Assembly (NCBI RefSeq): GCF_006345805.1
Contig: NC_043003.1
Coordinates: forward strand, 83,700,001-83,764,000
From: Octopus sinensis
Lineage: Eukaryota
DNA: 64,000 nt
Reading direction: 5' to 3'
This document shows positions 12,343-24,904 of this stretch, piece after piece. A program made the position numbers and the translations under genes. The number at the start of each line of letters is the position of its first letter. Positions within the stretch are counted from its first letter, which is position 1. The notes beneath the pieces are model-generated. The model saw only the letters and a program-made list of their open reading frames with translations. It was not told the origin of the DNA and did no database searches.

Positions 12343-12354
12343 AGCTATTTCGGC
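12343..12354 (+). promoter_or_regulatory. Non-canonical primer-binding site complementary to tRNA-Phe nt 1-12
   Basis: AGCTATTTCGGC is the reverse complement of GCCGAAATAGCT, the 5' end of vertebrate/Drosophila tRNA-Phe(GAA), and abuts the LTR end. No TGG PBS is present. Confidence 0.75.
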
Positions 12355-12386
12355 ATTTAGTCAGCGTTCACATTTTTTTCAACACG

Positions 12387-13151
12387 ATGTCGGCAAAAAT
12401 TAGGATCGCCAGTGACGTCGTCAGACCTTTTAACGGCGAAGGCGATGTAGTGGCCTGGATTCAGAAAATCAGGCTGGTGGCGAGACTGCAGGGCATAAGC
12501 GACGTGGCGAGTCTTATGGCCCTGTATTTGGAAAGAAGTGCGTTGTCGCTCTACCTAGAAATGGACGAAAAAGAACGGCTCTGCGATGGGAATATAGAGC
12601 GGCGCTTGTGTGACGCATACACGGAATGCGAGTACACAGCTTTCGCTAAGCTGGGTGCAATCAGGTGGACGGGAGGCCAGGTGGATGATTTTGCGGCGGA
12701 AGCTAGAAGGCTAGCGACTCTGGCCGGGTTTGCCGGAGAAGGACTGGAGAGAGCAGCCCGACTGGCATTCGTAAATGGCTTCCCCGATGACGCAGGGATT
12801 CACCTACAACAACTGCCCGGGGTCAAAAAGATGCCATTGAGCGAGCTTGTAACTCATGCTCGCGGGTTGACGGGACACTCGGGGCGGAAGGGGATAGCGA
12901 TGGCGGTGACGGAGGCGCGTAAAGACGGACGACGTCCCGAGAAAGAGGTACGGAAGCCCACCGTGCAACGAGAGCGGCCGTTCTCAGGACGATGTTTTAA
13001 ATGCCAGGGACCGCACATGGCGCGGGACTGTACGCAGCTGGGGCCAGTTTGCTATCGATGCAGGCAGACAGGGCACATTGCCCGTGATTGCGGCCAGGGA
13101 AACGACCGCGGGGAAGTTGCTGCCTCTCGAACTTTCCCCTCAAACGAGTAG
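12387..13151 (+). CDS. gag: Gag, 254 aa, two zinc knuckles
   Basis: Open from MSAKIRIAS; CFKCQGPHMARDC and CYRCRQTGHIARDC. Confidence 0.92.
   Translation: MSAKIRIASDVVRPFNGEGDVVAWIQKIRLVARLQGISDVASLMALYLERSALSLYLEMDEKERLCDGNIERRLCDAYTECEYTAFAKLGAIRWTGGQVDDFAAEARRLATLAGFAGEGLERAARLAFVNGFPDDAGIHLQQLPGVKKMPLSELVTHARGLTGHSGRKGIAMAVTEARKDGRRPEKEVRKPTVQRERPFSGRCFKCQGPHMARDCTQLGPVCYRCRQTGHIARDCGQGNDRGEVAASRTFPSNE
13097..13139 (+). promoter_or_regulatory. -1 programmed ribosomal frameshift signal
   Basis: G GGA AAC heptamer in the gag frame, 6-nt spacer, hairpin GGGGAAGTT/AACTTTCCCC; the -1 frame is open into the protease. Confidence 0.85.
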
Positions 13152-16017
13152 AGGCGCTATTGGAGACACTGCCAGTGATTGACGTGGAGGCCGAGGGGGA
13201 GACGTTCAAGGCCCTTGTGGATACGGGCTGACCGACCACCCTGGTGACTTCGAGGGTGACGAAGGAATGGAACGGGGTGTGTAGTGTCCGGGCGGTCGAC
13301 GGCAGCGAAATCCGTTGCAGAGGTAGCAGCACGGTAGAGATAGTGGTGCGCGGCGCGACGCTAAGGCTACAGGCAATTGTGGCCGAACGCGTGATAAATG
13401 GAGTTGATGTGGTGATGGGGATGGACGCCATCAACTGCCTCGGTGGCGTCAGCGTTGTGGGAAATAAGGTCACGTTCGGAAGCGTGGGGGCGTCGTGCAC
13501 TGCGAATCAGGATCACCAGAGGGAGCAGAGCCCCGCGAGGGACGGCGCCGCTTACACCATCGAGGACAAGGACTTTCAGGCGGCGTTCGATGGTCAGCGG
13601 TGGACGATAGAGTGGAAATGGAAGGACGAGCCCCCGACACTGGAGAACAGGGTGAGCTGTTACCAGCATACTCTGAAAGGCCACGCCAGGGTTGAGTTTG
13701 AAGACGAGGTGGAGAGGTGGATCGAGGAAGGGATCCTTGTCCCTTGGAAGGAGGAGGTAGCGGGCGGAGTGCTACCCCTGATGGCGGTGGTGCAGCCTAC
13801 GAAGGGAAAAGTCAGACCGGTGCTGGACTTCAGGGAGTTAAACCAGCACATATCGTGTCACACGGGAGGTGAGGCGACAGACGTTTGTGGTGAGGCATTA
13901 CGCAAGTGGAGACAGTCGACTGAGGCAGCGACGATTGTCGACTTGAGATCGGCATACTTGCAGCTCCATGTGAGCGACAAACTATGGCGATATCAGCTGG
14001 TGCGGTACAAGGGCCGGACGTACTGTCTAACCAGGCTGGGTTTCGGGCTGAATTCTGCTCCGAAGATCATGTCGGCAGTGCTTAGGTCCGTCCTAGGGAA
14101 AGACGGCAAGATTAGAAAGGCCACCAGCTCCTACATTGACGATATTTTGGTGGACGAAACTGTAGTGGCAGCCGACGAGGTAGTGAGACATCTGGAGAAG
14201 TTCGGACTGATTGCTAAGCCGCCGGAGTCGATTGAAGGGGGAGCCGCGCTGGGGCTGAAGCTGCGAAGAGATAGATCAGGTGAATTGGTGTTCCGGAGAG
14301 GAAATGAAATCTCAGAGCTGAGTTCCAGCGTCAGCAGGAGAGAGCTGTTCTCGGTGTGTGGGAAGTTGGTCGGTCACTACCCGATCGCTGGATGGCTGCG
14401 CACGGCGTGTAGTTACACCAAGAGACGAGCAGAAGGAGAGAGGTGGGGCGACAAGGTGGGAGAAGGGACGGTGGCGATGATGCAGGAGATCCTAGAGAGG
14501 ACAAGAGCGGAAGACCCGGTCAGGGGGAACTGGTACGTGCCCAGGACGAAATGCGGGACTGTCTGGTGTGATGCTAGCAGTATAGCGATAGGGGTGGTGT
14601 TGGCAATCGAAGGCACTGCGGTGGAGGACGCGTCCTGGCTTCGGAAAGCAGATGATTTCAACCACATCAATGTCGCCGAACTAGACGCGCTACTGAAAGG
14701 GGTGAACTTGGCCTTGAAATGGGGGCTGCGCACGATTGAAATGCGGACGGATTCGGCCACTGTGCTTGGCTGGGTAGGATCAGTGATCACCGGTGACAGG
14801 AGAGTGCGGACGAAAGGTGCTGCGGAGATGTTAGTGAAGCGCCGTCTAGGAGTTCTAGGTGAACTGATCGCCGAATTCGGACTCAAGCTGAACGTGGTCT
14901 TCGTGCCTTCGGAGAAAAACAAGGCGGACGTACTGACCAGGGTGAAAAGGGCGTGGTTGGAAGAACCGGAGGAGGCGCGGAGAGGGATAGCTGCGGCGTG
15001 TCGGTTGGATGACTCCGAGCTGAAGAAATTGCACGCTATGCATCACCTGGGTGTGGACAGGACCCTGTATCTGGCAAAAAAGATTGATGCTGACGTGACC
15101 AGGAGAAGCGTCCGGAAGGTGGTCGGGAGCTGCGACAGGTGTCAGTCCATCGACCCTGCTCCGTGTGGGCATGAACAGGGAAGCCTTTCCGTGGAGCAGA
15201 ACTGGAAAAGGCTAGCTGTGGATGTGACACACTACCGTCAGCGAACGTACCTCTCCATGGTCGACTGTGGCCGGGCCGGCTGGCCATTTGGAGGGAGTTG
15301 AGATCGGGCATTGCTGACGAGATCGTGCAGATCCTGAACGGGATATTTTTAGAGAGAGGTCCCGTGGAAGAACTACTGATGGACAACGGGGCGGCATTTC
15401 GTTCGGAAGCATTGAGGGTTATGCTTGATCGGTGGAACGTGCGACGCTTGTTCAGAGCAGCGTATAGGCCGGGCGGTAACGGGATCGTGGAGAGGCACCA
15501 TCGGACAGTCAAGGCCATAGCGGAAAGAGGGCACATTTCGCCGCTTGAAGCAGTTTTTTGGTACAACTTGTCTCCCCGATCCGGACAGGCTGAGGAATCG
15601 GTGCCACACAGAGCAATATTCAGGTACGAGTGGAGGCATCCGTGTACTAAATCAATGCAACCCGGGGCAGAGGAAGAGCACGCCTTCGTGCGGGTCGGGG
15701 AGGAAGTCTGGGTAAAACCCCCAAACGCACGGTGTACATCGCAATGGGGAAAGGGGACAATAACCTCCGTAAGTTCGAAGAATAACATCTCCATCGATGG
15801 TATGCCACGCCACGTTTTGGACATACGGAGGATTGTCCATGCCCCAGAGGATGGGACAAGCAACAGTGGGCAGGACGAAAACAACCGACAGGATGACGAG
15901 GTCGACAGCAACACACCAGAAACAAGTCCTAGGGTCGCGCTGCGACCACAGAGGGAGCGGCACCCTCCTCCCTGGCTGGCTGATTATGAAACCAGTTTCG
16001 GGTGCGGGAGCGAGTGA
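13097..16017 (+). pseudogene. pol: Pol (PR-RT-RNase H-integrase) with one in-frame stop and one 1-bp deletion
   Basis: ALVDTG* (TGA 13229-31), YIDD, VWCDAS, HHCC zinc finger, D..D(NG)..E; frameshift at about 15271 (CGPGRLAIW expected). Confidence 0.93.
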
Positions 16018-16044
16018 GGAAGCCGGTTCAGTGATTTATAGATC

Positions 16045-16051
16045 AGGGGGG
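16045..16051 (+). promoter_or_regulatory. Polypurine tract
   Basis: AGGGGGG followed by CG and then the TG of the 3' LTR. Confidence 0.85.
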
Positions 16052-16053
16052 CG

Positions 16054-16328
16054 TGTGGTGTGGTGATGAAGGAGTGTGACGGGACGGGCGGGAGCGGAAG
16101 TGATGCTTACAGGTCTTGCAGGGCGCATGCGCCGGCGGAAGCGGAAGCGACAGACTCAACGCACGTGCGGCATCGACCGGCTGCGACAGACCCCAGCAAG
16201 GCACCGAGACGGCAACACGCGAGCAAGTTGGCTGAAGGCCATCCGACTTCATCCCCTGTCAGGTAAGACCTTATTGCACTTCTGTTTCCTATTTCCTTGT
16301 TTCCGTTGTGCTCCTTTCATCAACCACA
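16054..16328 (+). repeat. 3' LTR
   Basis: See 5' LTR. Confidence 0.97.
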
Positions 16329-16623
16329 GGTGATAGAGACAGAAAGATATGAGAGTGTAAAGAGTGAAGGAGTGTCAGGTAGAAGGAATGGGGGATGAAG
16401 GAGATAGAGAAAAATATGAGAGTGTAAAGGGATGAGAGAGTAAAGAGTAAAGGAGTGTCAGGTATGTAGTGATAGCGCCTAAGTGGGGGAAGAGAGAGGA
16501 GAGTAGGAATAGTAAAATGGTTAGGTTGCTAGTAACATACATGAGTTTTGTATGCGTATGTATGTGTTGATGTGTGTAAGTATCTACATACATGTTTAAT
16601 ATATGCATGTGTTTTACAACATC

Positions 16624-16665
<42 letters not shown>

Positions 16666-16782
16666 AGATAAGAAAATGGAGAAATACATCTAAATCAAAT
16701 ATCAATTACCAGATTCACTAGCAGTATATTGGATATATGTTATCCCATGGAGGGTTGCATTTACAACCCCTATCTCAATTTG

Positions 16783-16841
<59 letters not shown>

Positions 16842-17034
16842 ATATTCTTCTACTGCTAGGCTGTTGGCGTTGCTGCTTCTGTTGATGTTGTTGATGCTGC
16901 TGTTTTCGTTGATATAGGTATGGGCGTCATTAATGCTAGCGTATGGGACATCATCTGTGGCGAAGTTGGTGTTGGCGCTGTTAATGTTGAATGAACTGGC
17001 CATAACGATAAATGTGCGTGTGTATGTGTGAAGG

Positions 17035-17150
17035 TGCATGCCTCAGTGGTTAGGGCGTTGCACTCATGATTGCAAGATAATGGTTTTGACTCCCAAATCA
17101 GATGTTGTGTTGTCTTCTTGAGCAAAACACTTCATTTCACGTTGATACCA
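17035..17150 (+). mobile_element. tRNA-derived SINE family C head; longer copy at 44345-44495
   Basis: cagtggttagggcgttg...ttgagcaaaacacttcatttcacgttg is shared by both copies. Confidence 0.65.
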
Positions 17151-17183
17151 TTCGTTTTTCATGTTAAGAGAGAAATCCCTTGG

Positions 17184-17360
17184 CAATTATCAAACCTGTC
17201 ACATGGAACATTGGTGCTCGTCTCCATCTTGGATTAAAACATAATAAAATCCTGTGAGGTTATGATAAAATAACACGAGTGAATGTGTCTTAATGTTTTT
17301 ATCGTGTTTTAATCTAAGATAGACAAACACCAATGTTCCATGTGACAAACATGATAATTG
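17184..17360. repeat. Imperfect inverted repeat (about 65-bp arms), possible MITE or foldback
   Basis: caattatc..tgtcacatggaacattggtg..gattaaaaca versus its reverse complement at 17295-17360. Confidence 0.7.
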
Positions 17361-17977
17361 TTGAAATACACGAAGCATATACATTAGTATACATACACCA
17401 GCTCAGGATTTTACAAGCCATGAGCATATGAGCTCTCACATCGTTCTCATATTTCAAAAAACAAACAAAAATATTGAGACAAAAAACTACAGTTTTAATA
17501 AATAATCTATAAATATTTTAAAATATGGAGCAACTTTTCAATCGCCCTGTATGTATGTATGTATGTATGTATGTATGTATGTATGTACGTACGCACACAT
17601 ATAATAGTTATGAAATAGGTTAAAACTAACAAGAGTCTAGCTATGAAACTAGAAGAATTGCTGCACAAAATGTGCAAATCATAAATAAATCAATTGTTAA
17701 CTTTTTTTGAATTGGGAACAGCACTTTTGTGTTATAGGTAACACTTCTTGTTTTTCTTTCTTTGTCTTGTTTTGTTTTGTTTTGTTTTTTTCAGTCTGCA
17801 GGTGTATGTTATAAACAATCATTGTTAGAATTAGAAAAAAACCAGTTAAAGCACATTTTTTTTAAAGCTTTGTCATTTTCCTTTCTATTTATTGAAATAA
17901 GACTACTGAATAATAGATATATTATCATCATCATCACCATCATCATCATCATTATTATTATTATTATAATTTTCATT

Positions 17978-19543
<1,566 letters not shown>

Positions 19544-19571
19544 CATTATTATTATTATTATTATTATTATT

Positions 19572-20123
19572 GAATTAGAGCAGTGCATGCCATCAGAGTA
19601 ACACTTGGGTAAAATATACGAAACCCAGTATACCCATCATGACTACCTGTCTGATAAGGGTACACCAGGCACATACATCACAACCATATGTGCGCTACAT
19701 GGTGATCTCATATCAAGATAAACAGCACATGACCTTGCAGGTGGGGCCCAGTTAGAATTTTCTTCTGGTCGAGTAACCCATTCCACTCAAAAGGTCCCTG
19801 AATAAGGGTTGTTTAAGGATGTTGAACGAAACACCCATGTTTCCAAAGGTGAATTATTCAAACCCCTAAGAATTCCTCTCAGCACATGGTTATGATGCTC
19901 CCCCACTACTTCAGCTCATGATCAGAGATGCACATATCGTCAGCCACTAAAGGACATGCTCAACTGGTTAAGGTCAAACAACTGACAAGCAAATCTGTGG
20001 TATTGAGCAGAATATTTGCTGTAGCCCATCTTTTATACCAAGACAAAACAATGTACATGATAACACTTCCAATCAATTAAGATCAGAAGCCACGAGAGCC
20101 ACTGCCTGGTACTGTATCAGGGC

Positions 20124-20127
<4 letters not shown>
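19572..20127. mobile_element. Non-coding repeat module between (TTA)n tracts; partial second copy at 50306-50572
   Basis: The two copies align over about 270 bp and share the end agggcattt+(ATT)n. Confidence 0.7.
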
Positions 20128-20209
<82 letters not shown>

Positions 20210-20210
20210 C

Positions 20211-20283
<73 letters not shown>

Positions 20284-20286
<3 letters not shown>

Positions 20287-23200
20287 TAGTTTTATTTTTA
20301 TAGCGTGCTTTCACTTCACTACCGAGCGCAGCTCTGTGTACCTTGGGTATGTGCTGTGATTTGTTGTGATGCTCTGATGGTTATTGTATGGAAAGTGTTC
20401 TGCGTAGGATGTGTGCAGTGCCTAGTAGTGCAATTTTCTGTATGTTATATGTGTTTGTAAGTCCTGGTGTTTTTGTTATGTATTTGTCTGAATATTTTTT
20501 TATCATGCCTAATGCACCTACTATGATAGGAATTGTTTCTGTTTTCAGATTCCACATTCTAGTTACCTCTATTTCCAGGTCTTTGTATTTTGAGAGTTTC
20601 TCCATTTCTTTTAGAGACACGTTGTCATCAGCCGGTATTGATACATCAATTAGAAAGCATTTTTTTCTTCATGGTCTCTGACAACTATATCTGGTCTGTT
20701 GGCCTTAATTTCTCTGTCTGTGTGTATCGGCATATCCCAGAGTATGGTTGCTTTCTCGTTTTCTGTGACCTTTTCTGGTGTGTGCCTATACCATCTTTTT
20801 TCTGTTGTTATTCCATAATGTTGGCATAGCTTCCAATGTATGTAGGTTCTAACTCTGTCATGTCTGTGAATATATTCCTTCTTAGCCAGGACTGGGCAGC
20901 TAGAGATAATATGATTTATTGTTTCTTGTCCATCTCCACATATTCTGCAGTTACTTGTAATATTTCTTTTCATTACATGTTTTTGGTAATTTCTGGTGGG
21001 GAGGCTTTGGTCTTGTGCTGCAATTAAAAATCCCTCTGTTTCTGCTTTGAGTCCTGAGTTTCTCAACCATTGCTGGGATTTGTCTTTGTCTATTTCTTTT
21101 GCGTTTAGTTTAGTCCAGTATTTACCATGAAGGGGCTTTTCTTGCCATCGTTTTATCATGGTTCGTTGCTGTTCTATTTTTAGTTTGGATTTCATTTGTT
21201 TTATAGCTTTTGTTGTTTCTTCATCTTCTTCTTCTTCTTCTTCATGTTTATTAGGTGGTATGATTTCTTGTTTGTATTTGTCAGCTTCCTTAAATACTGA
21301 GAACAGTTTTTTGTTTTGCTCGTGTTTTGCCGCTATCTGGATCAGTTTTCCTTCCTTCTGAAGTAGGTATTTTTGCAGTCCTATGGTGGTTATTTTATAG
21401 TAGTTTTCCAGCTGTATAAGGCCTCTACCACCTTCTATACGTTGTATATATAGTCTTTCTATGTCAGATTTTGGGTGATGCATCCTAGATCCTGTCATTA
21501 TTTTTCTTGTTTTCCTATCTATTTTGGTCAGTTCATTTCGTGTCCAGTTAAGGATATTGTAGCTGTAACTTATAACTGGGACAGCTAAAGTGTTGATACC
21601 TATTATCTTGTTTTTAGCATTGAGCTCTGTGTTTAGTATTGATCTAACTCGTCTATAATATTCTTTTTTTATTTTCTCTTTCATTTGTGTGTGTTGTGTC
21701 TTATCTAGTTCATGGATTCCTAAGTATTTGTAAGTTTGGCTTTGGTCTAATTCTTTTATTTCATTGGTTTTTATCTAGTGTGATGTTGTTACTCTTAACT
21801 AGTTTTCCTCTTTTCATGGTTACTTTGGCGCATTTTTCTAATCCAAATTTCATATCTATTTCTTTGGTAAATCCATGAACTGTCTTTAATAGTGTTTCCA
21901 GTTGTTTGTCATTTGCAGCGTATAGTTTTAGGTCATCCATATATAAAAGGTGGCTGATCGTTTTGCCGTAACATTTATATCCGCATCCAGTTCTATTTAG
22001 CATATCAGATAGAGGTGACAGTGCCAAGCAGAAAAGGAGTGGAGAGAGCGTGTCTCCCTGGAATATTCCTCTTCTAATGGGGATGTCTTTGGTTTTCATG
22101 AGTCCCTCTTTTGTTTGGAGGTGTAGGACTGTTTGCCATTTATTCATAGAGTGCTCTATGAATTTTATGATTGTTGGTGCTACTTTGTTAATGGCTAGTG
22201 TTTCGAGGATCCATGTGTGGGGGATGCTATCAAACGCCTTTTTGTAGTCAATCCAGGCCATACTGAGGCCTTTCTTCTTTCTGTGGCTGTCTTCAGTTAT
22301 GGCTTTATTAATCATTAGTTGATCTTTACAGCCATATGAGCCTTTGCGGCATCCTTTCTGCTCTTCTGGGAACAGTTTGCTTTCGTCCAGGTGCTTGTTC
22401 AGCCTTTGTGATATCACTGCAGTAAATGCCTTGAACATAGTAGGGAGGCAGGTTATTGGTCTGTAGTTTTCTGGTTTTTCTGTTTCATTTGATTTGGGAA
22501 TTAAGATAGTTTTCCCCTTCGTGAGCCATTCAGGCATTGTCTCTGGCTCTGCTAGTACGTTGTTAAAGTTTTCAGCCAGCTTTTTGTGCATTCCTGTTAG
22601 ATATTTCAACCAGAAGTTGGGGATCTTGTCATGCTCAGGTGCCTTCCAGTTGCTTAGTCTTTGCAGTGCCTGGGTGACCTCTTCAGTTGTTATGGGGGTC
22701 CAAAGTTGTTCAGATGCCGAGTTTGTTATTTTGATACTCCTTTTTTTATGGTGGTTCGTTCGCCGACCATATTTCTCTCCAGAATTCTTCCAATTCTTCT
22801 GCCGTTGGTGCTGCAGTGACTTCTATTTTATTTTTGCCCAGTTCTTGGTAGAACTTTTTGGGGTTGGAGTTGAACTTTTTGTTTTCTTCAAAGAAGCGTT
22901 GGCGTTTCTTGTACCGGCGGATCCTTTGTGTTTTGGCAAGGATATCTTGCTTCAGCTTTTCTTTTATTTCAGGCAAATCTTTCTCTGTGATGTTATATTT
23001 GCGGAGTATTTTCGTTCTCTTTTTGTTGCTCAGTAGCGTTGATTGTTTGCTGATTTCATTAAGAATCGACAGGTCTTTTCTAATTTTGTTTATTTTGCTT
23101 TGGATGTTATTTATCCACAGGGTTTGTTTGGGTGGTGGTACTCCTGTTTGGGCGGGTTTGGGTGAGTATCCAGCTTCTTTTGTGGCTGCAGTGGCTGCTG

Positions 23201-24274
23201 CGTATATTAGGTTATTTAGCTCAGTGATGTCACTTTTTTTTGATTCAGTGGCTATCAGTTCAGTGACGGCTAGGTTTATGCTGTTTATAATAGGTGTTGT
23301 TATTTTGTTTATTTTGATTCTTGGGAGGTATGGTCGTTGGTCCATTTTGAGCTCTGTGGTTTTCAGTTCTTTGATTATTTTATTTTTTATATTATCATAA
23401 TCATTAGGCTCGCCTTCGTTGTTTACATCGTGTTTGTTGGGAATGTTGCGTTTGTCTTCGTGTTTTACAGTTTCAGTGTTTATATTATTGGGCATTGTTG
23501 TGTGGCTTCTATCTACATTTTCCTGGTGTATGTTTTCTTTTAGGTGTTCTATTTCTATTTCTGATATTTTTTTTGTGTTGAGAATGTATCTTCGTACGTT
23601 AGCTAATTTATTAGGGTTCATTGCTGTATCTAAGTCTATATCTCTATTATTTTCCTTCCATATTTTATATGTATGTGTTGTTGTATTTTCATTTTTTGGG
23701 TAGAGTATCGCTGTGAAGTATGCGTGTAAGATAGAAATGTATTCCTCACGTGTCCATTTACGTCTTTTGGGTTTTATTTGCGGGACATGAGGTACAACGT
23801 CCGGCTCATTATTTTGACGGTCGTCATTTTCGTAGGGTACCGGTCCGTTTATTTCTGTTGTCACATTATTTCGCACGTGTAGTTTTTCGTACATTTTTTG
23901 TTGTAAGTTTAATGTACGTACCGCTCGATTGTTATTCTTGGGTTGAATAGTATCGGTGGCATTTAATTTCTTCGTAGTTCCTTTGTACATGGTGTTTGGG
24001 GTCGGGGGTGATCGTGATGTTTCACGCATGTTTACATGTGTTGCGTTAGAGGTGGAGATGAAATCGAGTCAAAATACATCATTTCGTTTCGAAAATAGTA
24101 ATAAATTTCAATTAGTATTACTTACTCGGATACAGTCTAATTCTTTGTTAGTAAAACTTTGGCTCCATAGGATGCCCTTGTTTTCGATGTTTGTGGATAG
24201 GTTTCGGAGCTCTGAATTTTCCTTCTTACATCTTAAACGTTCCCCGGTGTTCTTCCTTATTAGGGTTCATTGCT

Positions 24275-24278
<4 letters not shown>
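20284..24278 (-). mobile_element. Near full-length R4/Dong-clade retrotransposon (copy 2) in a (TAA)n microsatellite
   Basis: One ORF broken into 22746-24029, 21761-22609, 20650-21684 and 20381-20620; RT IDYKKAFD, GIFQGD, YMDD; CCHC; RPD..IDVS..EK endonuclease; (TTA)n on both sides. Confidence 0.96.
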
Positions 24279-24315
<37 letters not shown>

Positions 24316-24376
24316 TATTATTATTATTATCATTATTATTATTATTATCATTATTATTATTATTATTATTATTATT

Positions 24377-24900
24377 CAGTAGTCTTATTTTTATCACAAC
24401 CTTTCACTGCACTACTGAGTGTCTTGAGTATGTGCTGTGGTTTGTTGTGGTGCTCTTCTTTTTACTGTATTGAAAGTGCTTTACATAGGATGCGCACTGT
24501 GTCTAGTAGTGATATTTTCTGTATGTTATGATATATACATTTGAAAGTCCTGGTGTTTTTAGTTGTGTATTTGTTTTAACGTTTTTTAATCATACCTATT
24601 TTTATAGGGATTGTTTCTGTTCTAGGCTCCACATTCAGTTTACGTCTATTTCTAGATCTTTGTATTTTGAGAGTTACCCTGTTACTTTTAGAGATATATT
24701 ATCATCTGTTGATGTTGATACATCGATTAGAAAGCATTTTTTTTCTTGTTTATCTCTAACAACTAACTCTATCTTGTCTATTAGCCATGATTTCTCTATC
24801 TGTATGTATTGGCATTTCCCAGAGTATGGTTGCTTTGTCATTTTCTGAGACTTTTTTTGCGGTGTGCCTATACCATCTTTTTTCTGTTGTCATTCCATAG
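24377..24900 (-). mobile_element. Diverged R4-clade 3' fragment (copy 3)
   Basis: Collinear with 20284-20820 but more diverged. Confidence 0.88.
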
Positions 24901-24904
24901 TGTT

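Larger units (their letters stand above)
12068..16328 (+). mobile_element. Young full-length Ty3/Gypsy LTR retrotransposon
   Basis: 275-bp LTRs with TGTGGT...ACCACA ends, 5-bp TSD GGTGA (12063-67, 16329-33), gag-PR-RT-RH-IN order, PPT. Confidence 0.98.

Noticed and set aside
12343-12365. Tf1-type self-priming site
   Set aside because: No complement to this sequence was found within the LTR.
12090-12386. 99-aa N-terminal extension of gag given by the ORF track
   Set aside because: It starts at a non-ATG codon inside the LTR; the ATG at 12387 fits a Gag start.
12997-15963. Antisense ORFs within the Gypsy element
   Set aside because: Expected shadows of a GC-rich coding strand; no recognisable motifs.
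17738-17801. Plus-strand mini-intron or acceptor (gtaac...ttttcag)
   Set aside because: Only 57-64 nt long with no convincing flanking exons; may be a decayed A-rich tail.
20060-20127. HDV-like ribozyme at the end of the TAA-flanked module (ggctctcgtggc)
   Set aside because: An L3-like loop is present, but I could not build P1 or the GG of P1.1.
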